Assembly: GCA_977862235.1 (NCBI GenBank)
Contig: OZ374562.1
Span: 1,674,001 to 1,738,000, forward strand
Direction of reading: 5' to 3'
From: Dudresnaya verticillata
Taxonomy: Eukaryota
Length of the DNA: 64,000 nucleotides
Made by a program: the position numbers and the translations under genes. Shown here one piece after another: positions 11,400-22,824 of this stretch. The notes beneath the pieces were generated by a model. That model saw only the letters and a list, made by a program, of their open reading frames with translations. It was not told the origin of the DNA and made no database searches. Position 1 is the first letter of the stretch. Each line of letters starts with the position of its first letter.

Positions 11400-12950
11400 C
11401 CTTTGAAGTCTTTGCACTCGATGGTGTGGAGTATAAATGAACTCCTGGCACTCCCCGCGATCAAGGTCGAGGGTAGAGTCTTCCCAGTCTACAGCGAGAA
11501 GCACACGTGTTCACAGAATTTTCTGTCTAACTGCAGGGTACAGGTACTACGTGTTTCTCTATCTTTGTACGATTCAAGAAGACTCTGATTCTCGTTGAAA
11601 TGGCGATGAGCACACGCAGTGCCAACGGGCGACGAAGAGAAGGGTCGGGTGAGCAAATGGCTAGCAGCGCCCTATTCACGCTTTGCAACACCCAGTTCTT
11701 AGAATCATCAACCGGCTGCAGGTTACTTCGTTCCTCCGCGAGCGGGAACGCTACGTTGATGAGGTCCTCGAAAAGAAAGGAGGTTCCGTCGATGAGCGTC
11801 GCATCTATCAAGGTGCTAGTGGACCGGGAACTACTTAAGATCATGCACCGTCTGGGAAGGCTCGAACATGTTGCTCAAGGTGTATCGTTTGAAGCATTGA
11901 CGTCAGAGAATATTGAAGCCTACGTCAAAGGGGTTGTTGATAATTCGTCTCACCGAGAAGTGAATCCAACTGCGATTCAGGAGGCGTTGCGTGGTATACG
12001 GGTGCAAATATCTATTGCTGACCCTGAAGCCCGCATGCTGGAATACAAGCCTGACATATTTGGACGCCTCGATGGAGTGGGTTCGGTGATTTTACCGAAC
12101 TAAATCGGAAGAAGACTGTGAAACTCATTCAAGCTAACTTGTATCCTACGAGTCTCAAGTCCACGATGTCAGAGTACCTTGAGTATCGAGCAGGACTGAA
12201 AAGAATCTAAAAGAATTTGTTGCTCTACTCTGCAAAGAAGCGGTATTACAAGACAGATTCCGCGCTATCCGCAGCCGCGGTGGAAAAGAAGCGAAGGAAT
12301 CTAAATCTGGTCAAGCATCTGCCTGTGGAACTGAAAAGCCTGGTGGTCGTTCAAGCTCAAGTGGTAATCCCAATAAGAATATGAACAAGGAATTCCAATG
12401 CCTTAATGACAACTGCAAACGCAAAGGAATAAAGCATAAAGGAGGGGTTCGCAATTGCCCTGACACAGACCCAGACAAGGCCAAAGAACTCTTGAAACTG
12501 TTCTTGGACAAACAATGGAAGAGTGCAGCTAAGCAAGTTTCGAACCCGGACCCTGTGAAAGTGTCTTTTGATGTTGGGAGTAATTCTACATTGATGGGAG
12601 CAACGCTCGCAGGTCTGGTGGCTGCTAGAGTATGTGCCGATGGCGGCTCTGACATTCATCTAATGCCTCAAACTATATTCCAACAGCTGTTGAACAGTCG
12701 AACAGCCACGAAGGTCAGGCATTATGAGAACCAGCTCAGTTTTCTCTTGCAGCTTCTGAACTGCATGTATGCTGTGATCGAGAAGTAATCTTGGATACTG
12801 AACTACATATTCGAAATGGAAAATCGTTGACGATTTGAAACTTAAAATGGGTTGTCGCTTCTGATGTTGTGGATGAGCCTCTTTTAGGTCGCCCGATTCA
12901 GGAAGCCTTAGGTCTGGACATGAAAAAGATGCTGAAAACCGCATGTGACA
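11400..12950 (+). pseudogene. Degenerate Ty3/Gypsy gag-protease remnant
   Basis: Fragmented gag-like ORFs (11600-12103), Cys/His knuckle-like C..C....H..RNC and aspartic-protease-like CADGGSD (12381-12788); TATAAA at ~11434. Confidence 0.55.
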
Positions 12951-13067
12951 GATACCAAGGCGAATTTGAAGCCTTATTACAATGGCACCTTCTATACTTG
13001 CTACCAACTACAGTACAAAATAAACAATAAAACATTAACGCTGCACTCAGCTGGGCTCATTTCCCTA

Positions 13068-15221
13068 TCACCCCACATCTCTCTGCAACGGAACAGCTCT
13101 GTCTGGAACTTCCTCTCGTTGAAAAGTTCCGTTCACAACCCACAAATCACTCCCTTCGTGGCATTTTGCGCTGTAGAAGTCCCTGCTGCCGATATCATTG
13201 TCGAGGTATACAAACACAGACTCGCCATCCTCTCCTTTGATCTCTTTGGCATCATAAAAATCAATAAGCACATCCCTGTCAACCCTGCAATCTTCATATT
13301 CTGGAAACATGCACACCTTTGGGTCCTTGTAACATCTTCCTGTGAAGGCTTTCAAAAACCCTATGTTCTCACCCTTCGGAAAAACACACTTCTCCAACAG
13401 CGCTTCCCGGAACCACTCCATTCGCCGGAGAAGCGCACTCTCAGCGCATCCTTGCAGATGATGCCTCAAGAAATGGGACAGGCTCACGAAAATCACCATG
13501 TGTGATGCGCACCTGCGTCTTCTGGCCTCCTGGTGCTCCAGCGTTCGAGTCACTGGTACTTCGAACCCTAAGAACGCCGCGTTGGCGTTCACGCTCCCTC
13601 CAGCGATTTCAAACGTTCGAGATGGTATCACCTCAAAGACAAGTCGGTAATTCTCATTCAGATACAGCTCAGGACTCCCTGGTCCAGGTCTCGTATCTAA
13701 ACGACGGAAAAGTTTCTTCAAATTGAAACTGGACTTAACGGCACTTCGATGACGTTTCATTCCCGTGTGCTGTTCAGCTTCTGTTGCAGTCTGATTTGGT
13801 ATATATCCCAGCATCACAGCCATATCCGCAGACTCACCATGTTTGAGAACAAAAGAATTCGGAATTTCAAACTCGTAAAGCCAACCGGTTGGTAGCACTA
13901 CATATTTGCCGGCTCCTGCTCGCTTTCCATCGACATGCTCGACAAAGCAGTTCGAGAACTTCGTCCTTCTAATGACATTCATCAGTGCAGGTTTGAGATG
14001 AGGATCGGGTACAAGAATCCAGAAAAGAACGGACAACCCAAGAGCCGTCAGCTTCTCTGGAACAAATCGTACCGTCCTATGCTGGGGCCCATACTTAAAT
14101 TCAGCAACATCTGCAAGTAGCGGAGGTAATTCTGAGTCCTTTGGTACCTCAACGCAAATCCCTGCAGTTTGCATTTGCGCAAAGCAATCCCCGGATCTAA
14201 ACTTTTCGACTCCTTCGAGACACATGAAAAGGTTTAGATCATCTTCTGAGAGTTTTAAACCCTGTTCCTCAGCAAGCATTACCAAGACCTGTGCAAAGAA
14301 GCTTGTAGAAGGTTTCGAAATACCGCGATTGCCTAATGATCTCGAGGGCCCTGTTTCCAATAACGAAGGCCTTAAATGCCCCCTACGCTGCGGGGCCTCA
14401 TTATGTGCATTGTTCCCTCGTAAGAAAGGGAAATGAGACAGAAATCTGTTGAATAGTAACTTCAGGAAGTTAAGTATTTCTGCACGATATAGAAAAGCCC
14501 AAAGCGACGAAGACACCAGTAAGCTAGAGCAAAACAACGCAAAGAATCCCTCAAAACCAACCCACGCTGGAGTCGGGCTGTGCCGATAGGCGGAGGCCCA
14601 GATGCTAAGTTGGAATGGGATGAGGTGGCTGTGCATGTCACTGACCGCATTCGCCTCCAAACTTTTCTCCGTCCTGCAATGCCAATCGCCCAGCGAGAAG
14701 GTCGAATTGTTGCAGCCGACAATCAGGACAGCTGCGGGAACCCTGTACATATCATACTTGTATTCTGTCTCTTCTGCAGTATAAAAAGGTTTGGGGTCGA
14801 AGTCTGAGACACTGCAAGCTCCTAGGGACGAAAATTCGCTGCATATGGATGTGACAGATGTGTTGTGGGTGGGCGGCAGGTTTTCCCTAGACGATAATAT
14901 TTTTGGTACTGCGAAGCAAGGCGTAGCTTGGGAAACTTGCGTTAGGCGAATGCCTCTGCGATATACTTCAGAACTCTCTTTTTGTCCGAGCAGAAGCGAA
15001 ACGAACCAGGCTTCGTATAATGTCACCAGGACAAGAAAACAGAACGTCAATATCACTCTGAATAAGGATTGTTTCATGTTGCTTCGGCTTGCAGGATGCA
15101 CCACTCCCGAAGCTTGGCACTTCTGACCAGCTTCATACAGAGAATGTCGAAGGTTCGGAAATAATGCCAAAAGCAGAAAAATTACTGCAGGAGAAAGCAT
15201 AAAGACCAGAAGAAGGTCCAT
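13068..15221 (-). CDS. Hypothetical 717-aa protein with N-terminal hydrophobic/TM segments
   Basis: Long uninterrupted ATG-started ORF with about three hydrophobic stretches; no recognised domain. Confidence 0.7.
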   Translation of the reverse strand: MDLLLVFMLSPAVIFLLLALFPNLRHSLYEAGQKCQASGVVHPASRSNMKQSLFRVILTFCFLVLVTLYEAWFVSLLLGQKESSEVYRRGIRLTQVSQATPCFAVPKILSSRENLPPTHNTSVTSICSEFSSLGACSVSDFDPKPFYTAEETEYKYDMYRVPAAVLIVGCNNSTFSLGDWHCRTEKSLEANAVSDMHSHLIPFQLSIWASAYRHSPTPAWVGFEGFFALFCSSLLVSSSLWAFLYRAEILNFLKLLFNRFLSHFPFLRGNNAHNEAPQRRGHLRPSLLETGPSRSLGNRGISKPSTSFFAQVLVMLAEEQGLKLSEDDLNLFMCLEGVEKFRSGDCFAQMQTAGICVEVPKDSELPPLLADVAEFKYGPQHRTVRFVPEKLTALGLSVLFWILVPDPHLKPALMNVIRRTKFSNCFVEHVDGKRAGAGKYVVLPTGWLYEFEIPNSFVLKHGESADMAVMLGYIPNQTATEAEQHTGMKRHRSAVKSSFNLKKLFRRLDTRPGPGSPELYLNENYRLVFEVIPSRTFEIAGGSVNANAAFLGFEVPVTRTLEHQEARRRRCASHMVIFVSLSHFLRHHLQGCAESALLRRMEWFREALLEKCVFPKGENIGFLKAFTGRCYKDPKVCMFPEYEDCRVDRDVLIDFYDAKEIKGEDGESVFVYLDNDIGSRDFYSAKCHEGSDLWVVNGTFQREEVPDRAVPLQRDVG

Positions 15222-18023
15222 TGCGTTGATGCCACCAGTGAATTAGGATGCAGAAAGGGAAAGTTCGAGAGTTAGTCTTCATTCACTGACACGGTTACGA
15301 GGTGCTGTTTCTTCAAGGCAGGAGAAGAACCGGAGCATGGAGGGGACGGTTCCGAGCAAGCCCCTGCAAATGTTCAGTTGCAGAGGGCTTGGAATGTGGA
15401 AGACATGCTCGCGCCCATGTCATGCAGCTTGACTTATTCCGGGTCAAACGGGAAGTGCCAGTTTCTCAATGCGTTAAATCACCCCGAGCCAGGCGCAAAC
15501 GCCAAACATCGTTCATGGCGGGCAGGTGGCGTTCAACATCACCAGAAAGAGAGCGCCGACAGTGTTGAGGCAACGGAAGCACCTGATCCGGCGCATGATG
15601 GTGCCGGGTCGTGGCCCACAAGTTTCAGAATGAGCTGCTGTCTTGCTGCCGTGCCCTGTTGGTCGCAGTCAATCTTGTGCCGCTACAGCCTGTCTTGGTC
15701 GAGTATCAGCCTGCTCTGTTGCCAACGATACCTTCAATGGGCACCTGCTCGAGTGTTTTCATTCCATTCTATTTTCATTGTAATTGTAAGACTTTAAAGT
15801 ACAGTATTTTATGCATTTTACACCTTTTCTATCCAAACAGGTTCGACTTGACCAGGATCAGGCCTGATAGTGTCCATCGCTTTGTATCCATGGTCGTCCT
15901 GTCTGGCCATTGGCCAATACGCTGGTTTTCCAACAATCCGCCCTTTTCTTTTGACTCTCTCGAGGCGGTCCTAGCTGCCGGCAGCGCAGCGCAAATTTTT
16001 TCGCCTTGCAGTCTCAAACCCCCCTGCCGTGAGGGTACTCAAACAAATAATAACAAACAAAATATTACATCAGCCTCATCACGCCAGCTTTGAGATAGAG
16101 GTAATTTTTGCTGACAGAATCTGCCCGCCTGCAGAAATGCACGTCAATACTGCTGCATATACAAAAGTGGAGAGCCCTGCGAGAGATCATGCGCCACCCA
16201 TCGTAGTCTACTCCCTCTGGACAGCACAACGTGTAATGGGTAATGATGAAAATTGGACACAATAAATAGAAGCAAGGCGCAGAAATTCAACTTGAACAAT
16301 GGGTAGCATTGTAATAATCCAAGTAGAGTATCTTGACCTTAGATCACTGCTAATTTTTAAGGAAGTCCAGTACGAATGTTAGTTAGGCTTTCTACAATAA
16401 GCAATGGTGCAAATTGTCAATAGGAAATAGTGAGCTTGGACTAACTGAACCCCAAACAGGTTCAATTTGGAAATCACGAAGAAAGGATGACTGGCGGCAA
16501 GTGACACTAACAACAACATATTGTTGAGCAATTTGCACTAGCAAAACTTGTATCTTGGGGTTTCAGCCGCGGGAGAATCCTACCTTATCTCATACAGCTC
16601 GCAGAATAAAATATCATACATATCAATGCATGAAGGTATGGCTCGGGACTACCTATTTTCCTCACTTTGTTTCAAACCACTATTAGTATTAGACATTATT
16701 AGTGATAAAGGTGCATCGCCTAGCTCCGACTTTCTTCTTTCATTAGAGCATTGAGCGAGATTTCACTACCTTTTCCTTGCGAATAAAATTTCTCCTACTA
16801 GAGAACCCATCCCAGTTCTATATATCTCTGCCAGAAATGCGGCGGGAGGAGCTCTGGCCACCCCTGTGACAATACATTTTGAACCTAATCGCTACTTTCA
16901 GCACGCTTATCGTTACGAGAAGATGGTGCGTTGTAAATAAGAATATGTGATGTAACAGAGAAGCTTGTATGTCATTCTGGGTCAGGCACTACAGATCGAT
17001 AGCACTATGCAGTAATTTATCGACTATGGGATCGCCACCTGAGTCTAAGAGGTCTCACGCAGTGTTGACGATCCGCGCTTGCACAAAGTAAAGAGATTCG
17101 CACGCTAACGCTCCGCGACCGCAACCGCGCTCGCACAGGAAGAACGGCAACACCTCGGCGCTGCAATCGCGCGTCGAGCGCCCGAGGTCAGTTTACTGCC
17201 CGCCACAATGGGACGGGGTTGCCAGCGGCCGGGCCGCGGCCGTGCCGCTCGGACTCGGGCATCGTGCCCCCACAGTCCTTCATCTTTGGTCATGCTCCTA
17301 TTCGGCGAAGCGACCTCCAGAGACCACCTTACAAGGTAGTTGGTCTTGTTCCTTCTTCCCAGTACAGTGTTCCTCTTCTGGCTGACGGTCCCGAGGTCTC
17401 CGCCTTGATCAAGAGCCCGTTGCATCGCCTTCCACGCTTGTGGCGTATGGGACAGGGTGTCCCTTTCGCTCTTCAGCGCTGAGCAACGGCTTACAGTATT
17501 CGTCCACATTGTTGACGAGGAGATGAGGTGCTGGGCGTCACAGCAGTAGCTATCTAAATGCCAACTTGTTGCAGAACACAATATCAATATTCCCAGATCA
17601 ATCATGCTTGTGCAGCCCCGAGAGCAGAAACTTGGGAATGCATTTTAAGAGCTCTCCCCAGGTCGTGATATTCATTTTATCGATTTCCCTGGAGTATTAT
17701 ATCGGGAAAAGGGCACATAAAAATCCCGAAGAGGTGATCTGGGGTTGAACACTCCAACAAAAGGGTGTAGACGGAAGTAACCCTACTTGGTTGGAGGGTT
17801 GGAAGTGCTTGAGAAAAAAGTATCGATCGTCGAGGAATACACTCCGCTTTTCAGTTGACAGCAAGGTGCGGGTTCATGCAATACTCAGAGAGTATTTAAA
17901 GGCATACGCCTGGTAGTCGAGGGGTCGATGAAATTTACGAGCCTAGAATCGCAGTAGGACAGAACATTTAAGTATATCCGCTCCTAATTTCTCTCATCGG
18001 CACGTTCAGGAACCACCCCCTTC

Positions 18024-19025
18024 ATGAATCATAGTGGCACGGTTCGCATAACTGCCTTACCGAATGAACTTCTCACGAGAATCTTCGAGTGTGGAATGGA
18101 TGACATCTGGCTGTACTGGTACGATAGTGATCAAGAAGAAAGTCTTGATGGGGACCAAGATGGTGCTAACGACGAGGAAGAACCTGAATACTACGAGTCC
18201 ATAGCACGGACCGTACTATTCGCAGAAGATCCAGACTTACTGCAGATAGTGCGCTGCGCTCAAGTTTGCCGCCAATGGAGGTATGTTGCAATCGAACATG
18301 TCATTAAGGCGCGAGCACAAGACTATGTCTACAGGAGACATCAACTTGATCCCACATTCCTTGGAAAGACCCTGAACACCGTCTTCAAGGACGTTGAAGT
18401 AATTATACCCTGCCATTCTGAAGCTGCCGAGAGCAACGCGAACAAAATAACCATAGCAGAGGAGAACAATCGCACCAGATTTCTAGTTTGTATTCCGAGG
18501 CAATCCAATCCCCTCATTTATACTACAGCGAGTGCGTGGAAGGGTCTTCGTGATTTGCTCCGGAAATCAGCAACATCGATTCGTTTTTACGGCCACGGGT
18601 GCCCGAGTATACAGTCGTTTCTCATTCTTCCGGCATGGCCCAAGCTACGAGAGCTCTACTTGAAGAACTATAATATTTCTCTATACACTGAGGACATTGA
18701 AGATTTTTTGATGAGATGTTTGGCGAAGGAGGAGGGCACATATAGACCTTCACTACCAAATGTAAGAACTTTGCAACTTGCAGGTCACCCTAACGACCAT
18801 CGCGCAAAAATAGCGCCTGAAATGGTCCCAAACGTGACTTATTTTCGATATGATACTAGGGGATATCAGAACCATGGTCACGTGGATCTGTTTCGAAACA
18901 ATGATTTGCACTCTGAGTTTCTCCAGACTGGAAAATATCGCACATACGTCACGCCTGCTTTCATGAGAGCTTATAGAAAGCCAGGCCCCACTTCTATCTC
19001 TACAAGTACGCTCGATGCGCTTTGA
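18024..19025 (+). CDS. F-box-like protein (possibly LRR-like C-terminus)
   Basis: ITALPNELLTRIF ... CAQVCRQWR F-box signature split by an acidic insert; PKLRELYL and LPNVRTLQL LRR-like motifs; may continue past a frameshift. Confidence 0.6.
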   Translation: MNHSGTVRITALPNELLTRIFECGMDDIWLYWYDSDQEESLDGDQDGANDEEEPEYYESIARTVLFAEDPDLLQIVRCAQVCRQWRYVAIEHVIKARAQDYVYRRHQLDPTFLGKTLNTVFKDVEVIIPCHSEAAESNANKITIAEENNRTRFLVCIPRQSNPLIYTTASAWKGLRDLLRKSATSIRFYGHGCPSIQSFLILPAWPKLRELYLKNYNISLYTEDIEDFLMRCLAKEEGTYRPSLPNVRTLQLAGHPNDHRAKIAPEMVPNVTYFRYDTRGYQNHGHVDLFRNNDLHSEFLQTGKYRTYVTPAFMRAYRKPGPTSISTSTLDAL

Positions 19026-19287
19026 GTCTTTATTGGCAAATTTACCCGACTACGGAGTTCTAGTGTCTGAGCTTCGGGAAGGAAGCCTTTTTGAACGCCG
19101 CCTTACCTTCGATGAGTTTGAGGCGGTCAACGATCTTCGAACGATTAAACTCGAACGAGTTAGCACGGAGTTATCCTGACCATCTAGATGTGGTATGGGC
19201 GGGGTGCATGGTCAATAGAATTTTGAGTGCAGGAAGAGATGCCAACATCTAGCTGTAGAGCTTCTATAAATAGAAGAAAAACATTTT

Positions 19288-19475
19288 GGCTCTGCAAGCG
19301 GCCCTGTTACAGGCACCCGGGGTGCGGCGGGTGTCAATCAAATTATACTCAGCCAATGGCCGCATTGTATACTCAGCTAGAATTCGGGCCACGTCGTCAT
19401 ACTCAACTGCTGATTGGCAGGAGTCTCGGCCAATACATTTACTCTATACTCAAAAACAAGTACTTGGTGCATGCA
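19288..19475 (+). repeat. MULE left TIR
   Basis: Reverse-complement match to 44743-44928 (e.g. GGGTGTCAATCAA, GGGCCACGTCG, CCAATACATTTACTCTAT, AACAAGTACTTGG). Confidence 0.88.
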
Positions 19476-20758
19476 CAATGGTCACCCGCACTGAGGCGTG
19501 GAACTTCGCACCCACTAGTGGGTGCGGCGGCTGGCGCGGGGTGGCGATGTGACGGTCACGCCGAGCGGAGCGCGCGCGCACGCGCGGATCAAAACGCGCC
19601 GGATCCGACCGGCGTCGTCGCCGCGCCATCGTGTTGTGTGCGAAAAAAACATTTCAGCTGTCCCGTGCCGCTGTTCACCGCCCACCCGCTGTGGTGCATA
19701 CGTCTGAGACGATAGACCGCCGAACAGTTCGGGGCTCGGTGGGTAGCTGCGCCCTTGGCGGTGAGTAGCCTCTCCTTGGGCGACTTGTGGTAGAGCAAAG
19801 GGACACGCCTTGGGCTGACTGTAAACGCCCGAGACGGAAAGGAAGGGAAAAGGAAACAGAAAGGGAACACGTCAAGGACGATGGTAGACGTGGAAGCACG
19901 GGAGGTAGACCCTTGAACCGTAGCCAGCGGTAGGATACGCACGTGCGGAACGGGGAAGTCTGGACCAAGGCCGGCTTGCTCGGGCGTTTACTGTTCCGTC
20001 TGGGACGGCTTACCTAAGTATAGTACGGCGGTGCGGCGGTGGCGGTGCGTGTGCGTAGCGCGGGAACTCGGGACACGTATCGTCCCGAGGCGCGTCTGAC
20101 AGATCACCCATCGCATGCAGCCGCGCGCCTGACAGGTTGCCTTACAACCCCCTGTGTGTGTGCTTACACGCCCACGTGGACGCGTGTGCCTTACAGCCGT
20201 GTGCGCGCGCATACTGTAGAGCGTGCGCCTCGGATCTAATCCGATAGTTGTCCGATCCCGATCCCATCCGGATCTGGCGAGCAATGCGAACACCTGCAGC
20301 CTTACAGGCGCGTATCTTACAGCTCAGGCGATCCAGATAGCCAATCTGGATCCCGGATCCGGGTCCCATCTGTATCCATATCACAGTGCCCCGGGGCGCC
20401 ACTTCGGCCCATCACCGTACAGTGGCCGCGTGGCGCGCGGCGCGCAGTGTGCGCGCGCGCCCCAGTGAGCCTTCGATGACGTGTTCGCGCGCCAACGGCG
20501 GCGGTGAGCGCCGGTGGCGGTTTCTCCGTCGGTCGACGTATTTGATCTGCCCGCTTTCAGCGAAAAAGGGCTCACCTCCCCTTGCACCACACCCGCGCCC
20601 ACCACCCCACCCACGAGCCCATCGAACAGCAGCCTACCTACCGACGGCAACGACTGCGCCCCCGCTCGCGCGCTTCACGCTCTGCTTTTGGACACTGCGC
20701 TCTCTATACCCTTCCTTCCTTCTCTTACGCGCTTTCCTCTCCCCCATCCATTACCACA

Positions 20759-22080
20759 ATGCAGCCGTTGTATCCCAACTTTGTCCTTGCGCCCACACCG
20801 ACAATCCAAGGCGCTTACCCAGGGAGCAGCGTCGCACACACCAACCAGCAGTTCATCGTCGCTCGCGGGAACCTCGCACCTTCCGCAAATGGTGTCTTGG
20901 TTCCGGCTGCGCCGAGCACCATCGGCGCCATGATTCCAGCGACGCCAAGCGCTGTCGGCGGAGCTGTGCATGCCGCCGCCTTGAACGTTCCAGCTATGGC
21001 ATCCCCTCTCTGCAATTCACGAACCATCACTCCAAGCGAGTATTCAGCAAGCCTACCGTACCGGTGCTGCCGACATGCACCAAACAATGGCATCAAGCAC
21101 AGAAGAAGAATTCAATGCGCTTCGTGCTGCCGCATTGATGGCTGCAACCTCGCAGCAAGGCGCAGCGGCCGCCCACATCTACAATCCAACGCTGCCGCTG
21201 ACTTTGGGTAAAAACATCGGCCTTCCCGATCTAGGGTACGTGCCATCTAACCTGGGACTTTTCCTTCCCCACAACCATCCTGGACAAGGAAACATACCGA
21301 TTACTGCGCGTGTTCCAGCTGCAACTGACCATGGGAACACAGTGCTGCCGCCTGCTGTACAGAATTCGCGTCGCAATTCTGCTTCGCTCTTCGTTGGTAA
21401 CGGTCGCCCTACCGAATCCAAGAAAATCGTAGACTACAACGCTTTCCCTTTCCAGTACATGCGGAACACGACCAGTGGTCATATTGACAAGCAGGAAGGT
21501 TTTGCTCGAGGAGGAGGTCGGGGTCGCGATCGTGGTCGCAAACGTGGTGCTCCACGTAGTCGCGGCCGTGGGAGGAGCCGCGGATAGTTTTCAAGACTTT
21601 TCAGTAGTGGAAGTTCGAGGGATGAGTGAAATGCCGGCTTCCAGGACATGTCTCCGGCAGAGCGCGAAACGGAACGCAGGAAGGAGCGGGCTTGCCTCAA
21701 GTCTGCATCTGGGAGGCAGCGGAAGTGGTTTAGGGAGCAGGTGAGCAACATTACCAAGCGTCAGAGAGTTTGGGGACCAGGACAGGAAGACATGGAGCCG
21801 GGGCTGGACATTATTGACGCTATGGAGCGTCTTTCTACTGATACATTTGGCGCATGTTGGCAGGACTACCTCGAGCACATGGATAAGACAGAGGATGGAA
21901 GGTGGCGATTTGATTTCATCGACCAAGATCAGCGCCTTCGTTCAATGGATTCCAATCGGCACTGTCGCATTCTCACTTTCGTCAGGCAGCAGTGCGCGTC
22001 TGAAGATCTTAGTGACCCGACATAATGTCAACGCCTACAAGAATCAGTGCAACACGATCATTCAATTCATCAACGCAGAG
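20759..22080 (+). pseudogene. 5' part of MULE cargo gene interrupted by the CACTA
   Basis: ORFs 21075-21587, 21648-22025 and 22047- share one frame, which rejoins ORF 37589-38401 once the CACTA is removed; RG-rich. Confidence 0.55.
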
Positions 22081-22824
22081 CACTACGAGAGCAATTACAA
22101 AATAATCAAATGAAAATAAACGGACGCGCAAAGGAAATGCCGCACGACATTGTTATGGATCGGGCCCAAAAATGTGTCCCAGAAATTGATTCTGAATGCT
22201 GCCACCCATTAATCATTATGCTAACCCGCCATTAAAATTCTTGCTGCGCATGCGTTGTTGTTCTGAATCAAATCGCGCATTGTTATTAGTTAGCGCATTA
22301 CCCTGACATTTGTGACGCATGGCCACCGCATTGTAATTCATTCCAACGTGCGCTCCCATCTCGCAACGAATTTATGCATTGTCTTTTGGTTCCGAAACGG
22401 CCGTTCCATGCGGATACCGGATCAATCTATGGCAATGCTTGTGTTGATTCATGATTCTTAATGCTTTACTTCAAGCTTTCTACTTATCACATCTAGCGCC
22501 GCACTGCGGCCGCGGCCATGCGCAGCGCGCTGTGTTTGCCAGCCGGTTCGTATACCCTCTGCCGTTGTTGACACCCATTTCACGCACAATGGCCTGCGCG
22601 GTCACGCCTGTGCTGGTCGCACGGGCCGTGCCTGCGCACAGGCAGCACGCTGGTCGCGCGGTCACGCGGTCGCGCCGTCGAGGTCGTCCATTATGACATG
22701 CGGGTAGCACGAACGTGCTTCATCTATGCCATTCGTGGTGGATATCCATGTGCTCTTGTCTGGTACGTGAATGTACCGCCTTCTAGAAGCGATTCTGAGT
22801 GACGAACTCTCCGCTGCTCCAAAT

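Noticed and set aside
17105..17605. Chromodomain-like RRNKTNYLVRW motif
   Set aside because: The downstream chromodomain signature is absent; the match is too short.
19278..19287. MULE target-site duplication
   Set aside because: Left flank AAAACATTTT does not match right flank ATAGTCTTCT.
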